Part shown: positions 12,356 to 20,109 of the stretch, piece by piece | How positions within the stretch are numbered: position 1 is the stretch's first letter | Layout of the letters: each line of letters starts with the position of its first letter | Source of the DNA: an uncultured phage cr130_1 | Sequence record: NC_055901.1 | DNA: 40,000 nt | Strand: one strand, 5' to 3' | Translations under genes and position numbers: made by a program | Notes under the pieces: generated by a model | Told to the model about the DNA's origin: nothing | Database searches by the model: none | Seen by the model: the letters and a program-made list of their open reading frames with translations, nothing else

Positions 12356-12972
12356 TATTTTATGTTTATAAAATCAATAAATAAATAACCTTCTTTATCA
12401 TCATGCTCTTTAACGAGACGTTTGTTCTTCAGTTTAGCATATAATTTAGGATATAAGTCATCTAATACAGCTAGCCATTTATTATCACTCTTAAATAAAG
12501 ATGTTGTACTAGAATATCTATCTATGAGATTCGGCACATCTTTATTCTCAAAATTATATAAAACCTTCCAATCGTGCTTTCTATTTCCACCGAAGAATTT
12601 TATATTATTATATAATGATTCTATATATCTACAGTCTTCAATAAAGCATTTTTCTTTATCTGTTACTGTCTGATCATTCTTAGCAAAAGAATCTTCCTCA
12701 CATATGAGTCTTACGTAACAACCACCTTTTTCTTCTAAGAAATCAAGCATATTAAAAAATACAGTATATCCTATTTTGTAAGCTATCCTACCATGACGTA
12801 TTTCCATTTTTAGATCATCGTCATACCATAGTCTTACATCAAATACTCTTGCGCCAAGTTCGTATTGTTTTTCATAATCTACTTCTTGACATTTAGCTGT
12901 AAACTTAATTAATTTTTGCCACCATTTTTTAGGTGTTAAATAAGTTAACGAGTTATGTGTTCCTATGTTCAT
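12355..12972 (-). CDS. PI-PLC X-domain-like phosphodiesterase
   Basis: MNIGTHNSLTYL...YELGARVFDVRLWYDDDLKMEIRHGRIAYK: catalytic-His GTHNS and GARxFDxR...HG pattern. Confidence 0.7.
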   Translation of the reverse strand: MNIGTHNSLTYLTPKKWWQKLIKFTAKCQEVDYEKQYELGARVFDVRLWYDDDLKMEIRHGRIAYKIGYTVFFNMLDFLEEKGGCYVRLICEEDSFAKNDQTVTDKEKCFIEDCRYIESLYNNIKFFGGNRKHDWKVLYNFENKDVPNLIDRYSSTTSLFKSDNKWLAVLDDLYPKLYAKLKNKRLVKEHDDKEGYLFIDFINIK

Positions 12973-13047
12973 ATTTTATTAGCTTTTAAATAAAAGACTG
13001 GTCCTGGTTCGCCAATTTTAAAAGCGTGACCGATTCTGTTTTTAAAG

Positions 13048-13122
13048 TACCCCCACTAGGATTCGAACCCAGACTGACGAGGGGTTAGAGCCCTCCGCGC
13101 TACCTTTACGCCATAGGGGAGT
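13048..13122 (-). tRNA. Amber-suppressor-type tRNA, anticodon CUA
   Basis: Acceptor ACTCCCC/TGGGGGT (last pair imperfect), anticodon stem GAGGG/CCCTC with loop CTCTAAC (34-36 = CTA), T-arm CTGGG TTCGAAT CCTAG. Confidence 0.85.
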
Positions 13123-13406
13123 ATTGGTTCCTTTCTTAAGGGAACCGAACAAGTATGAAATAATATGTATTTTTAAGTATTTACTCTCTTACTACAAGTT
13201 GTCCACATTGTTTCAGAAAGATTTACATTTAACTGTTTTTATTACTTCCACTATTATAAAAACTTGTACGCCGTTTCCAAGCAACTAAAAATTAATAGTC
13301 ATTTCACAGTACCGTTATTGTATTCGTTATTTTTATACAGTAGGTTCAGAATACACAAATTGTCTCTTTTTACGTGCTGTATACCACGGATATTTTGATC
13401 TCTTTA

Positions 13407-13649
13407 TCATAAAATAAACTGACATATCTTATATATAGAATATATAAATCCTATCTGGGTTATTTGTCCAATAACAGCACCTATTTCAGTAGCAGCTATA
13501 TCAAGCCAATCAAATTTATTGCCATATTCATGGTCTTTAAATTCCATTCCTATAGCAAGACCTGTAGCAAATAATATAGTTCCTACAAAGGATGAATAAG
13601 CACCGTATTTAAGATGTGCAAGTCTATTACTTTCTTTTAACCATTTCAT
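13407..13649 (-). CDS. Small two-helix membrane protein (possible holin-like)
   Basis: Two hydrophobic segments (YSSFVGTILFATGLAIG; IAATEIGAVIGQITQIGFIYSIY). Confidence 0.45.
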   Translation of the reverse strand: MKWLKESNRLAHLKYGAYSSFVGTILFATGLAIGMEFKDHEYGNKFDWLDIAATEIGAVIGQITQIGFIYSIYKICQFIL

Positions 13650-13665
13650 AATCTAAATAATAAGT

Positions 13666-13704
13666 AGGTGCTGGTGGACTCGAACCACCGACCGGTTGTG
13701 TATA
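13666..13704 (-). tRNA. 3' half of a tRNA (T-arm plus acceptor 3' strand); partner 5' half at ~14211-14249
   Basis: Minus strand ACAAC CGGTC GGTGG TTCGAGT CCACC AGCACCT; no adjacent 5' half. Confidence 0.55.
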
Positions 13705-13705
13705 G

Positions 13706-13935
13706 TTATAGATACTTTGAACAGTCTATTAAACCAGCATGTATTTCCCTATGACAATTAGAGCATACCAAGATACATTTATCTACTTCCGGTTTAAGGG
13801 AGTCAAATGATTTAGTACCCCCACTAATAGTACAATCTTTTTCTTGCGGATTTAAGTGATGAAATTCAAGTGCTTTTATACACCTACTATATCCACATAT
13901 TTGACATTTACTACCCTTGTATTCAACAAGTAACT
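13706..13935 (-). CDS. HNH endonuclease domain
   Basis: YKGSKCQICGYSRCIKALEFHHLNPQEKDCTISGGTKSFDSLKPEVDKCILVCSNCHREIHAG; frame mod 3 = 2, TAA at 13706-13708. Confidence 0.8.
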
Positions 13936-13938
13936 ATT

Positions 13939-14121
13939 TTATAGTTTTCTATATTTTGAAGTATCTCTTGCAGGTTTTATCTGTCTTTTAGGTCTTTCCT
14001 TAAAGACTATAAATTTCTTCAATGTTTCATAAGCTATATGAAGAGTTTTAGCTACGGTATTTATATTACCTACCTCATCGTATAACCTTTGAGCTTCTAT
14101 TTTCTTATCTTCATTTATCAT
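13939..14121 (-). CDS. N-terminal helix-turn-helix-like part of the HNH endonuclease, in a different frame from the HNH domain
   Basis: MINEDKKIEAQRLYDEVGNINTVAKTLHIAYETLKKFI; TAA at 13939-13941. Confidence 0.5.
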   Translation of the reverse strand: MINEDKKIEAQRLYDEVGNINTVAKTLHIAYETLKKFIVFKERPKRQIKPARDTSKYRKL

Positions 14122-14124
14122 AGT

Positions 14125-14201
14125 ACTAGCAGAGGGATTTGAACCCACATGTAACCAAATTACCCTTTCTACTGTGTATAAGACAGGGGGGATATGCCAG
14201 T
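14125..14201 (-). tRNA. Aberrant tRNA-like gene (possible anticodon UAU), atypical D-arm
   Basis: Minus strand acceptor ACTGGCA/TGCTAGT (7 bp, one G-U), T-arm GTGGG TTCAAAT CCCTC (one mismatch), CTGT-CTTATAC-ACAG hairpin, GTAA/TTAC variable-like hairpin. Confidence 0.45.
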
Positions 14202-14210
14202 ACGTATTAA

Positions 14211-14249
14211 ACTATAATCAACTGCTCTAACCGACTGAGCTAAACACCT
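14211..14249 (-). tRNA. 5' half of a tRNA (acceptor 5' strand, D-arm, start of anticodon arm)
   Basis: Minus strand AGGTGTT TA GCTC AGTCGGTTA GAGC A GTTGATTATAGT; pairs with AGCACCT of the 13666 half. Confidence 0.6.
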
Positions 14250-14313
14250 TTGTACAGTGTTTTTGAGGTACACTGTAAACCTAATTTTAGTAACAATTAA
14301 ATATTTTTACAAA

Positions 14314-14634
14314 TTACTTCTTATTTGTAATCCAATTCCAAAAACGCTTAAACATGTTTGGCTTCTTTACTTCTGTATTATTTTGTTTTGTATATGTTTC
14401 ATGTAGCTTGTCTACAATTGTAGAAACTTCATTTACAGCAGTGTCGAAACACTCGTGGATCATCTCTTCGGCAGTCTTGTAGTTATTTATAAAGTTCTCC
14501 GTTGAAATCTTATATTCAAGCATTGTAATTGGTAAGCCCGCTTCAACCTTTGCATATACAAACTCGCAAATTACATCATTAACAGTCTGACAAGAAGTAA
14601 TATCTACTACATAAGTCGGTTTAATATTCTTCAT
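14314..14634 (-). CDS. Hypothetical protein
   Basis: 106-aa ORF in the minus-strand gene block. Confidence 0.6.
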   Translation of the reverse strand: MKNIKPTYVVDITSCQTVNDVICEFVYAKVEAGLPITMLEYKISTENFINNYKTAEEMIHECFDTAVNEVSTIVDKLHETYTKQNNTEVKKPNMFKRFWNWITNKK

Positions 14635-14686
14635 AATTATTTTAATTTTATAATTAAATTACTTCCAAAGTTCATAAACTCTTGTA

Positions 14687-14992
14687 TTATCTACAGCTTT
14701 CACAACAATCCTTGCATGTTTTTGCATATGACTCTTTCTTGGCTTGTTCTGCTGCTCTCATTGCAAGGAAAGAAGCTACGTTTTCTCTAATTGCAGTATT
14801 CTTAATTACGACTATTTTATTCTTTATATAATCATAATCATAAAAAACAAATATCACATCGCCTTTATTCGCTTTCAAAAGTTTAGTCTCTCCTTTTTCT
14901 GTGTATCGAATCTCCAAATCTTCGTCAGCAAAATAAGCACAGCTATAATCAAGAGGAATCGGATCAACACCTACCATTGTATTAGTGGCCAT
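14687..14992 (-). CDS. Hypothetical protein with Cys-containing C-terminus
   Basis: 101-aa ORF; KTCKDCCESC tail. Confidence 0.6.
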   Translation of the reverse strand: MATNTMVGVDPIPLDYSCAYFADEDLEIRYTEKGETKLLKANKGDVIFVFYDYDYIKNKIVVIKNTAIRENVASFLAMRAAEQAKKESYAKTCKDCCESCR

Positions 14993-15057
14993 ATCGATTT
15001 TTACAGGATCTTTAAAGTGTCTAGTGCTCTATTGTCGTTTAGGAAAAAATAATGTCT

Positions 15058-15273
15058 TCATCTATATTGTTGTTTTTTATTATTCTTGAATCTCGTCTTT
15101 AATTTAAATTTAAATAACTTATTGAATAGTATGTCTTTTGTGTCATCACTTTTCATAATATCAACAGTATCTTTAAAAACATGTTTACAAACTATAGATA
15201 CTGTTTCTCTATCTAAATTTAAATTCTTATAAACTTCATCAATAATGTTTTCAATATCAATCATTATTAACAA
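15058..15273 (-). CDS. Hypothetical protein
   Basis: 71-aa ORF overlapping the next gene start. Confidence 0.55.
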   Translation of the reverse strand: MLIMIDIENIIDEVYKNLNLDRETVSIVCKHVFKDTVDIMKSDDTKDILFNKLFKFKLKTRFKNNKKQQYR

Positions 15274-15688
15274 TCGCTACTATATCGTAGCTACGTAAAA
15301 GTTTGCTATCTTTAAGCAAATCGAATGGTCTAGCTGAAGTTGTCTTATATACAATAACATCGCCAATATTATAGTGTGGAGAGAACTGTCTTCCTTCCCT
15401 TTCTTCCATCTTCAAGCTAATGTCATAACCAATAGGAAGTTTAAGAATAATACCCTTGCTAAAATCAGATTCTACCTCTTTTACCTCAGTTTTAGGTTCA
15501 CCCTCTACAGCTTCTACGCCATCGGAATCCTTTACTGGTTTTGTATTTGGAAGTGTTGTAACTTCCTTTTTTACCATGATCTTGTCCAGCGGTTTTACCA
15601 AAATTGAATCTGTAAATGTATACGGAATCTTTTCAGAAACACTTTCGGCTAACAGCGACTGATCTATCATTTTTTCATTATCATTCAT
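15257..15688 (-). CDS. Hypothetical protein
   Basis: 143-aa ORF. Confidence 0.65.
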   Translation of the reverse strand: MNDNEKMIDQSLLAESVSEKIPYTFTDSILVKPLDKIMVKKEVTTLPNTKPVKDSDGVEAVEGEPKTEVKEVESDFSKGIILKLPIGYDISLKMEEREGRQFSPHYNIGDVIVYKTTSARPFDLLKDSKLLRSYDIVAIVNND

Positions 15689-16158
15689 CTCTTAAGTCCT
15701 TTAAGGTGGTTAAGTATTTTAATCATGTTGTTAAGAACTGTCGTCTTCTCAACTTTGAGACACGCAGGCTGATCTTTCATATCTTTATCAATATTTTTTA
15801 ATTCGTTTGAATATGTTGTCAGCATATCATCAATCTCATCAAACACGTTAACGAACGGCTCTGTATTTTTGGTTGCAAAAGGATCTTCAAGTATCCCACT
15901 TTTAACAAGCTCTTCAGCGTATTTAGCTGAAATGACAAACTTTGAACTAAACGCTGTTTTCATTTCACCATCTTCACGATTGTTCACTGTATTATACTCA
16001 TTCTCCTCGCAAACATAATTACCATCTTCTGTACGCTCAAAAACGTCACCAGGCTCGAAGTACATGAATGGTTCAATAACATTTAATGTCTTATTCATTT
16101 TAAATATTTTTAAAGGTTTATGTCGCAATAACGACATATAATCATATTTCGGTTGCAA
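15685..16158 (-). CDS. Hypothetical protein
   Basis: 157-aa ORF, first gene of the leftward block. Confidence 0.6.
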   Translation of the reverse strand: MQPKYDYMSLLRHKPLKIFKMNKTLNVIEPFMYFEPGDVFERTEDGNYVCEENEYNTVNNREDGEMKTAFSSKFVISAKYAEELVKSGILEDPFATKNTEPFVNVFDEIDDMLTTYSNELKNIDKDMKDQPACLKVEKTTVLNNMIKILNHLKGLKR

Positions 16159-16278
16159 ATTAAAATTATTTTATCATATTGCAACTTTTTTGCAGTTTGT
16201 GCGTTATGTGTATGAGAGAAGAGGGGGACTATAGGGGGAGTTGAGAGTATAGTCTTATATAAAACTAATATATAACAT
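16159..16278. promoter_or_regulatory. Divergent intergenic region between the leftward and rightward gene blocks
   Basis: Strand switch; contains hairpin GACTATA-14 nt-TATAGTC at 16226-16253. Confidence 0.45.
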
Positions 16279-16752
16279 ATGAATGAAATAGAATTAAATG
16301 CTATATTGTATTATGCTGATCTTTTATCTCTAAAGGATATATCTATACCTGTTACAGATAATTGTAAATGGTTTTTTATACACAATAATCCTGTAAATAG
16401 TGCATATATACTTAATCTAGAACCTATCTATGATACTAATAATAAATACTTCTTACAAGCCATAGACGAATATTATAAACTTAAGGATAAGTTCTTAGAA
16501 GACGGTGTTAAAAATATAGTAGGTCATATATGCAATTTAGATGCATTAGGTTGTATAAATGCTGAACAAATGTTAAAATGCATACATCAATATAGCTCTA
16601 GAAGAGATAGAGCGTAGTGTTTTAGTAAATACTACAATTGGAAAAATAATCAAATATATACTCATAAAACAATCAATGATAATGGAGACGTAGTAGAAGA
16701 AAAATGTTCAAAATATGTCGCACACTTTGAAAGAAGTAATACAAAATCCTGA
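16279..16752 (+). CDS. Hypothetical protein; in-frame TAG at 16615, frame stays open to TGA at 16750-16752
   Basis: ORF 16279-16617 followed in frame by 44 open codons (CFSKYYNWKNNQIYTHKTINDNGDVVEEKCSKYVAHFERSNTKS). Confidence 0.5.
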
Positions 16753-16826
16753 CTTTATTAGAGCCGTGGAGTGGTTAAAAAAAGAACAAAAATATAGATT
16801 TAATAATAACTATTATAGTAAAAACG

Positions 16827-17189
16827 ATGGGGAAAATTTATAAATATGCTAATATTTATTCTACGGAAAAGAATAATAATGGTGAATATAAACTTATACG
16901 AAAAGTAAATAACAATGGCGTACTAAAAGATTACACCATGGAAGAGTTAGAACAACTTGTAGACGACCTTGGAAATGATAAAGACGAAAATGGCAAGATA
17001 AAGAATAAATCAGCATTTAACAATGCTTCATCTATACTATTTCAATATTATCAGAAATATGGTAATCCGCACGAAAAAGACATAATTGAAGCTTTGAAAA
17101 GTAAGCCAAGATCTATTGAAGAACAAAAGCAAGAAGCCTTGAGTACTGTAATGGATGAATACGTTGATTATGAGGAAGTTACAGCATGA
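16827..17189 (+). CDS. Hypothetical protein
   Basis: 120-aa ORF. Confidence 0.6.
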   Translation: MGKIYKYANIYSTEKNNNGEYKLIRKVNNNGVLKDYTMEELEQLVDDLGNDKDENGKIKNKSAFNNASSILFQYYQKYGNPHEKDIIEALKSKPRSIEEQKQEALSTVMDEYVDYEEVTA

Positions 17190-17278
17190 TTGTAATACAT
17201 GTTTGTATAATTTAGGACATGATGCTGTAAAATGCATGTGGGAGTTAAAACAACCGTGTAATAGATACGAAAATAAAT

Positions 17279-17701
17279 ATGAAGAAACAAAACACAAGAG
17301 TATATTCATATGACTGTAATGTATATCCAACTAAATTGGATATAATGTTTGATGTAAACGAAATAGATTATATGAATGATAATTATGCGTGGACAAAAGA
17401 CCCAGACGCTAAATTTGTACAAGATGATAGTGATCAATACGGATCTACGTATGATTTATTATATAATAAAAATACAAAATATAAAACAATATTAGTTGTA
17501 TTTGATGGTATACCTAGTCCTCCACAAATGGCACATGAAGCATTTCATGTCATGAATGGCATATTTAAAGATGTAGATTTAGAGTTTAATTATAGTAATA
17601 ACACAGGTAATGAACATTTAGCATATCTGATAGAATGGGCAGTAAAGTGTATGTGTAATGCTATAGAAGAAGAGAAGAAATGCAAAAAGAAGACAAAGTA
17701 A
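17279..17701 (+). CDS. Putative metallopeptidase-like protein
   Basis: HEAFH motif (MAHEAFHVMNGIF) with downstream EHLAYLIEW. Confidence 0.45.
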   Translation: MKKQNTRVYSYDCNVYPTKLDIMFDVNEIDYMNDNYAWTKDPDAKFVQDDSDQYGSTYDLLYNKNTKYKTILVVFDGIPSPPQMAHEAFHVMNGIFKDVDLEFNYSNNTGNEHLAYLIEWAVKCMCNAIEEEKKCKKKTK

Positions 17702-17928
17702 ACAATCCTTCACATTATCTTTGGCTAAAAGATAAAGTAGGTATCGAGGTTATAGATATAACACGACACATGGATTTCGACTTAGGTAATGCTATAAAAT
17801 ATATTTTGAGAGCAGGACATAAAACAGAGGAAGGATACAACAATAAAGATAAAACTATAGAAGATCTTAAGAAAGCAATTTGGTATATAAATGATAAAAT
17901 TAAAATGATAGAAAATGAAGTTAATTGA
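17680..17928 (+). CDS. DUF3310-like protein
   Basis: NNPSHYLW...VEVIDITRHMDFDLGNAIKYILRAGHKT...DLKKAIWYINDKI pattern. Confidence 0.8.
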   Translation: MQKEDKVNNPSHYLWLKDKVGIEVIDITRHMDFDLGNAIKYILRAGHKTEEGYNNKDKTIEDLKKAIWYINDKIKMIENEVN

Positions 17929-18748
17929 TCAATCATACGAAATTTGTAAAACGCACGGTTATACACTACGAGATGTATATAAAGATATAGAACGTGCAGC
18001 AAGAATATCTTATAAATCCGAGGATAAAATAACTGAAGATAGTGCAGAAAAGATGGTGCAACATCTTATAAAAATGAAGCATTACAGTCCATTGGAGTTC
18101 GGCACAATATACCTTAAATTTGACACAGAAAATAACCTAGATGTACTCGATAAATATGACTATAATAAATTTAGTACTATTACAATTACAAAAGATTCTA
18201 CAAGATATATAACAACAAATTATAGAGTTATTGTGGAAAATCATTGGGAAGATGATTTACAATATATGTGTGCTCCTACTAGATATCACCAAAGGCGTAC
18301 TATAGTTAAGTTTATAACAAATAGGGCTGTATCTCATGAATTAGTACGTCATAGATCAATGTCATTTATGCAAGAGTCGCAACGTTACGTAGCATATGAT
18401 AAAGATAAATTCGGAAATGAATTAACATTCATTAAGCCAGCATTGAAACAACAAGAGTTGGGTAAGGATACAAATAAAACTACATTGATGAGTTTATTGT
18501 TTTCACATATAGAAGATACATATATGAAATTAAGGGCGTTTGGATTAACCCCTCAGCAGGCTCGTATAGTACTCCCAAACGCAACTAAAACAGAATTATA
18601 TATGTGTGGATTCGATAAAGATTGGGAACATTTCTTTAGTCTAAGAGATGTACCTACAGTAGATCCACAAATGTATGACTTAATACATCCATTACATAAA
18701 GATTATGAAGAAACGATTAAATCCAGAAGAGAGACAGAGAATGGTTGA
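17915..18748 (+). CDS. thyX: Flavin-dependent thymidylate synthase
   Basis: RHR motif ELVRHRSMSFMQESQRYV. Confidence 0.96.
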   Translation: MKLIDQSYEICKTHGYTLRDVYKDIERAARISYKSEDKITEDSAEKMVQHLIKMKHYSPLEFGTIYLKFDTENNLDVLDKYDYNKFSTITITKDSTRYITTNYRVIVENHWEDDLQYMCAPTRYHQRRTIVKFITNRAVSHELVRHRSMSFMQESQRYVAYDKDKFGNELTFIKPALKQQELGKDTNKTTLMSLLFSHIEDTYMKLRAFGLTPQQARIVLPNATKTELYMCGFDKDWEHFFSLRDVPTVDPQMYDLIHPLHKDYEETIKSRRETENG

Positions 18749-18869
18749 TCTTTTAAATGAAGCCAGAAAACAAGGAGAACACTCTATAGCAAGTATGGTA
18801 GAATTAGCAATAACAATGAGTGATAAAGGGGAATACGATAAATTTCAAGAAGTATTTAGTGACGAATAA
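18741..18869 (+). CDS. Small hypothetical protein (42 aa)
   Basis: MVDLLNEARKQGEHSIASMVELAITMSDKGEYDKFQEVFSDE; start overlaps the thyX stop. Confidence 0.5.
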   Translation: MVDLLNEARKQGEHSIASMVELAITMSDKGEYDKFQEVFSDE

Positions 18870-18874
18870 CATAG

Positions 18875-18908
18875 TCCGGGTTGGCCTAGCTGACTCGGAT
18901 TTTTTTTA
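18875..18908 (+). terminator. Rho-independent terminator
   Basis: TCCGGGTT..TGACTCGGA stem-loop followed by a poly-T run. Confidence 0.7.
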
Positions 18909-19203
18909 TTTTATTTTTTTTATTGTGTGAGTATAAAGATACGAAACAGTCACTGTATTACGCCCCACCCCTTAGCGGAAACCGAAACACCCCCGCACTC
19001 AAACTGTCATCTAAATCAATTTTCAAACCGAAAACAATATCAGAATAATACTAATAATAATGTCATTGTTCTATACTATTGTGTGCTCGACTTTTTCGTG
19101 CTACGCACGACTCCGTCGCGCTCACTGCTCACTTAAACGTTGCATACACAGTACATCTCATATAAATTGCAATATTGCACACAATCCTAAAACACAATCC
19201 AAA

Positions 19204-19518
19204 ATGCTTACACTACATCAATTCCTTGCGTACTGTCAGCGCAACGACATCCAGACCATAATATACTTCAAAATGGTCAGCTATATGACAGATGCAGATT
19301 ACGAGACTATACATTTCTCACATTTATTTATGCGCGGAGAAAATACGACCGAATCTCCATACGATTATTCGTTTGAAGCATGGTTAAGTCCTCGCGCATT
19401 CTACAAATGGTATGCAGCAAACCATGATGTTGCCAACATCACATATGTTGTTAAACGCCACATGCGTACTAAATGCAAGCCACAAAACGTATTTCTCTCA
19501 GACTGTCTCCCATTCTAA
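19204..19518 (+). CDS. Hypothetical protein
   Basis: MLTLHQFLAYCQRNDIQTIIYFKM...; internal start preferred over 19060. Confidence 0.6.
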   Translation: MLTLHQFLAYCQRNDIQTIIYFKMVSYMTDADYETIHFSHLFMRGENTTESPYDYSFEAWLSPRAFYKWYAANHDVANITYVVKRHMRTKCKPQNVFLSDCLPF

Positions 19519-19550
19519 GCATTCGCCCCTTCGGGGCGTTTGCTTCTCTC
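19517..19550 (+). terminator. Terminator hairpin
   Basis: AAGCATTCGCCCCTTCGGGGCGTTTGCTT. Confidence 0.65.
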
Positions 19551-19614
19551 TAAGTCGTTCCTAATGTAACATCTCATATTGCTCGCAATATTAACCCTTT
19601 AAATATATACAACT

Positions 19615-19794
19615 ATGACAACAAAAGAAGTATGGCGAATCGGTATTCAGGACAAGAAAAACTTCAAGTATTGGCATTGGTCCAACAACTTTGATACATT
19701 CGACCAAGCATTGGATAGCATCAAGGATTGGTTGTCTAAGAATCCTGGCTACAACATCCGCTTCCACAAAGAAGTGCTGTTCGTACAAGAGTAA
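19615..19794 (+). CDS. Small hypothetical protein (59 aa)
   Basis: MTTKEVWRIGIQDKKNFKYWHWSNNFDTFDQALDSIKDWLSKNPGYNIRFHKEVLFVQE, followed by a terminator. Confidence 0.6.
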   Translation: MTTKEVWRIGIQDKKNFKYWHWSNNFDTFDQALDSIKDWLSKNPGYNIRFHKEVLFVQE

Positions 19795-19820
19795 GAGGCT
19801 TCGGCCTCCTACTCTCTTTT
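19788..19820 (+). terminator. Terminator hairpin
   Basis: GAGTAAGAGGCTTCGGCCTCCTACTC then CTTTTT. Confidence 0.7.
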
Positions 19821-19855
19821 TATTCAGACAATTTGTATCATAAAACATATTAGCA

Positions 19856-20098
19856 ATGAAACATTATTCTTTAGCGTATTTACTGCCAGCCGTAGTAATG
19901 TTAGCAGGTGTACACGTAGCAGCTAAGACTGCATACGTTAGTACAGACAAACAAACTGAGTATGTCACTACTCTTGAGAAGATTGATTCTTTATCAAGAG
20001 TTGTATTAGACAACAATGATGTATTTGACATAGATGGATCTGATGATGCAGCCGCATTATTAGAGCTATATGTCAAATTAGACAAACTAAAGAAGTAG
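19856..20098 (+). CDS. Small membrane-anchored protein; ends in TAG with a further in-frame open stretch
   Basis: MKHYSLAYLLPAVVMLAGVHVAAKTAYVSTDKQ..., N-terminal hydrophobic segment. Confidence 0.55.
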   Translation: MKHYSLAYLLPAVVMLAGVHVAAKTAYVSTDKQTEYVTTLEKIDSLSRVVLDNNDVFDIDGSDDAAALLELYVKLDKLKK

Positions 20099-20109
20099 TA
20101 TTTGCTGGG

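Noticed and set aside
14173-14186. TGTGTATAAGACAG resembles the Nextera/Tn5 mosaic end (AGATGTGTATAAGAGACAG)
   Set aside because: It lacks two bases of the adapter, has no adapter context, and forms the CTGT-CTTATAC-ACAG hairpin of a tRNA-like element. Adapter contamination is unlikely but could be ruled out with raw reads.
19060-19203. N-terminal extension of ORF 19060-19518
   Set aside because: The extension is Cys/Arg/Ser-rich and atypical; MLTLHQFLAYCQ at 19204 is a more plausible start.
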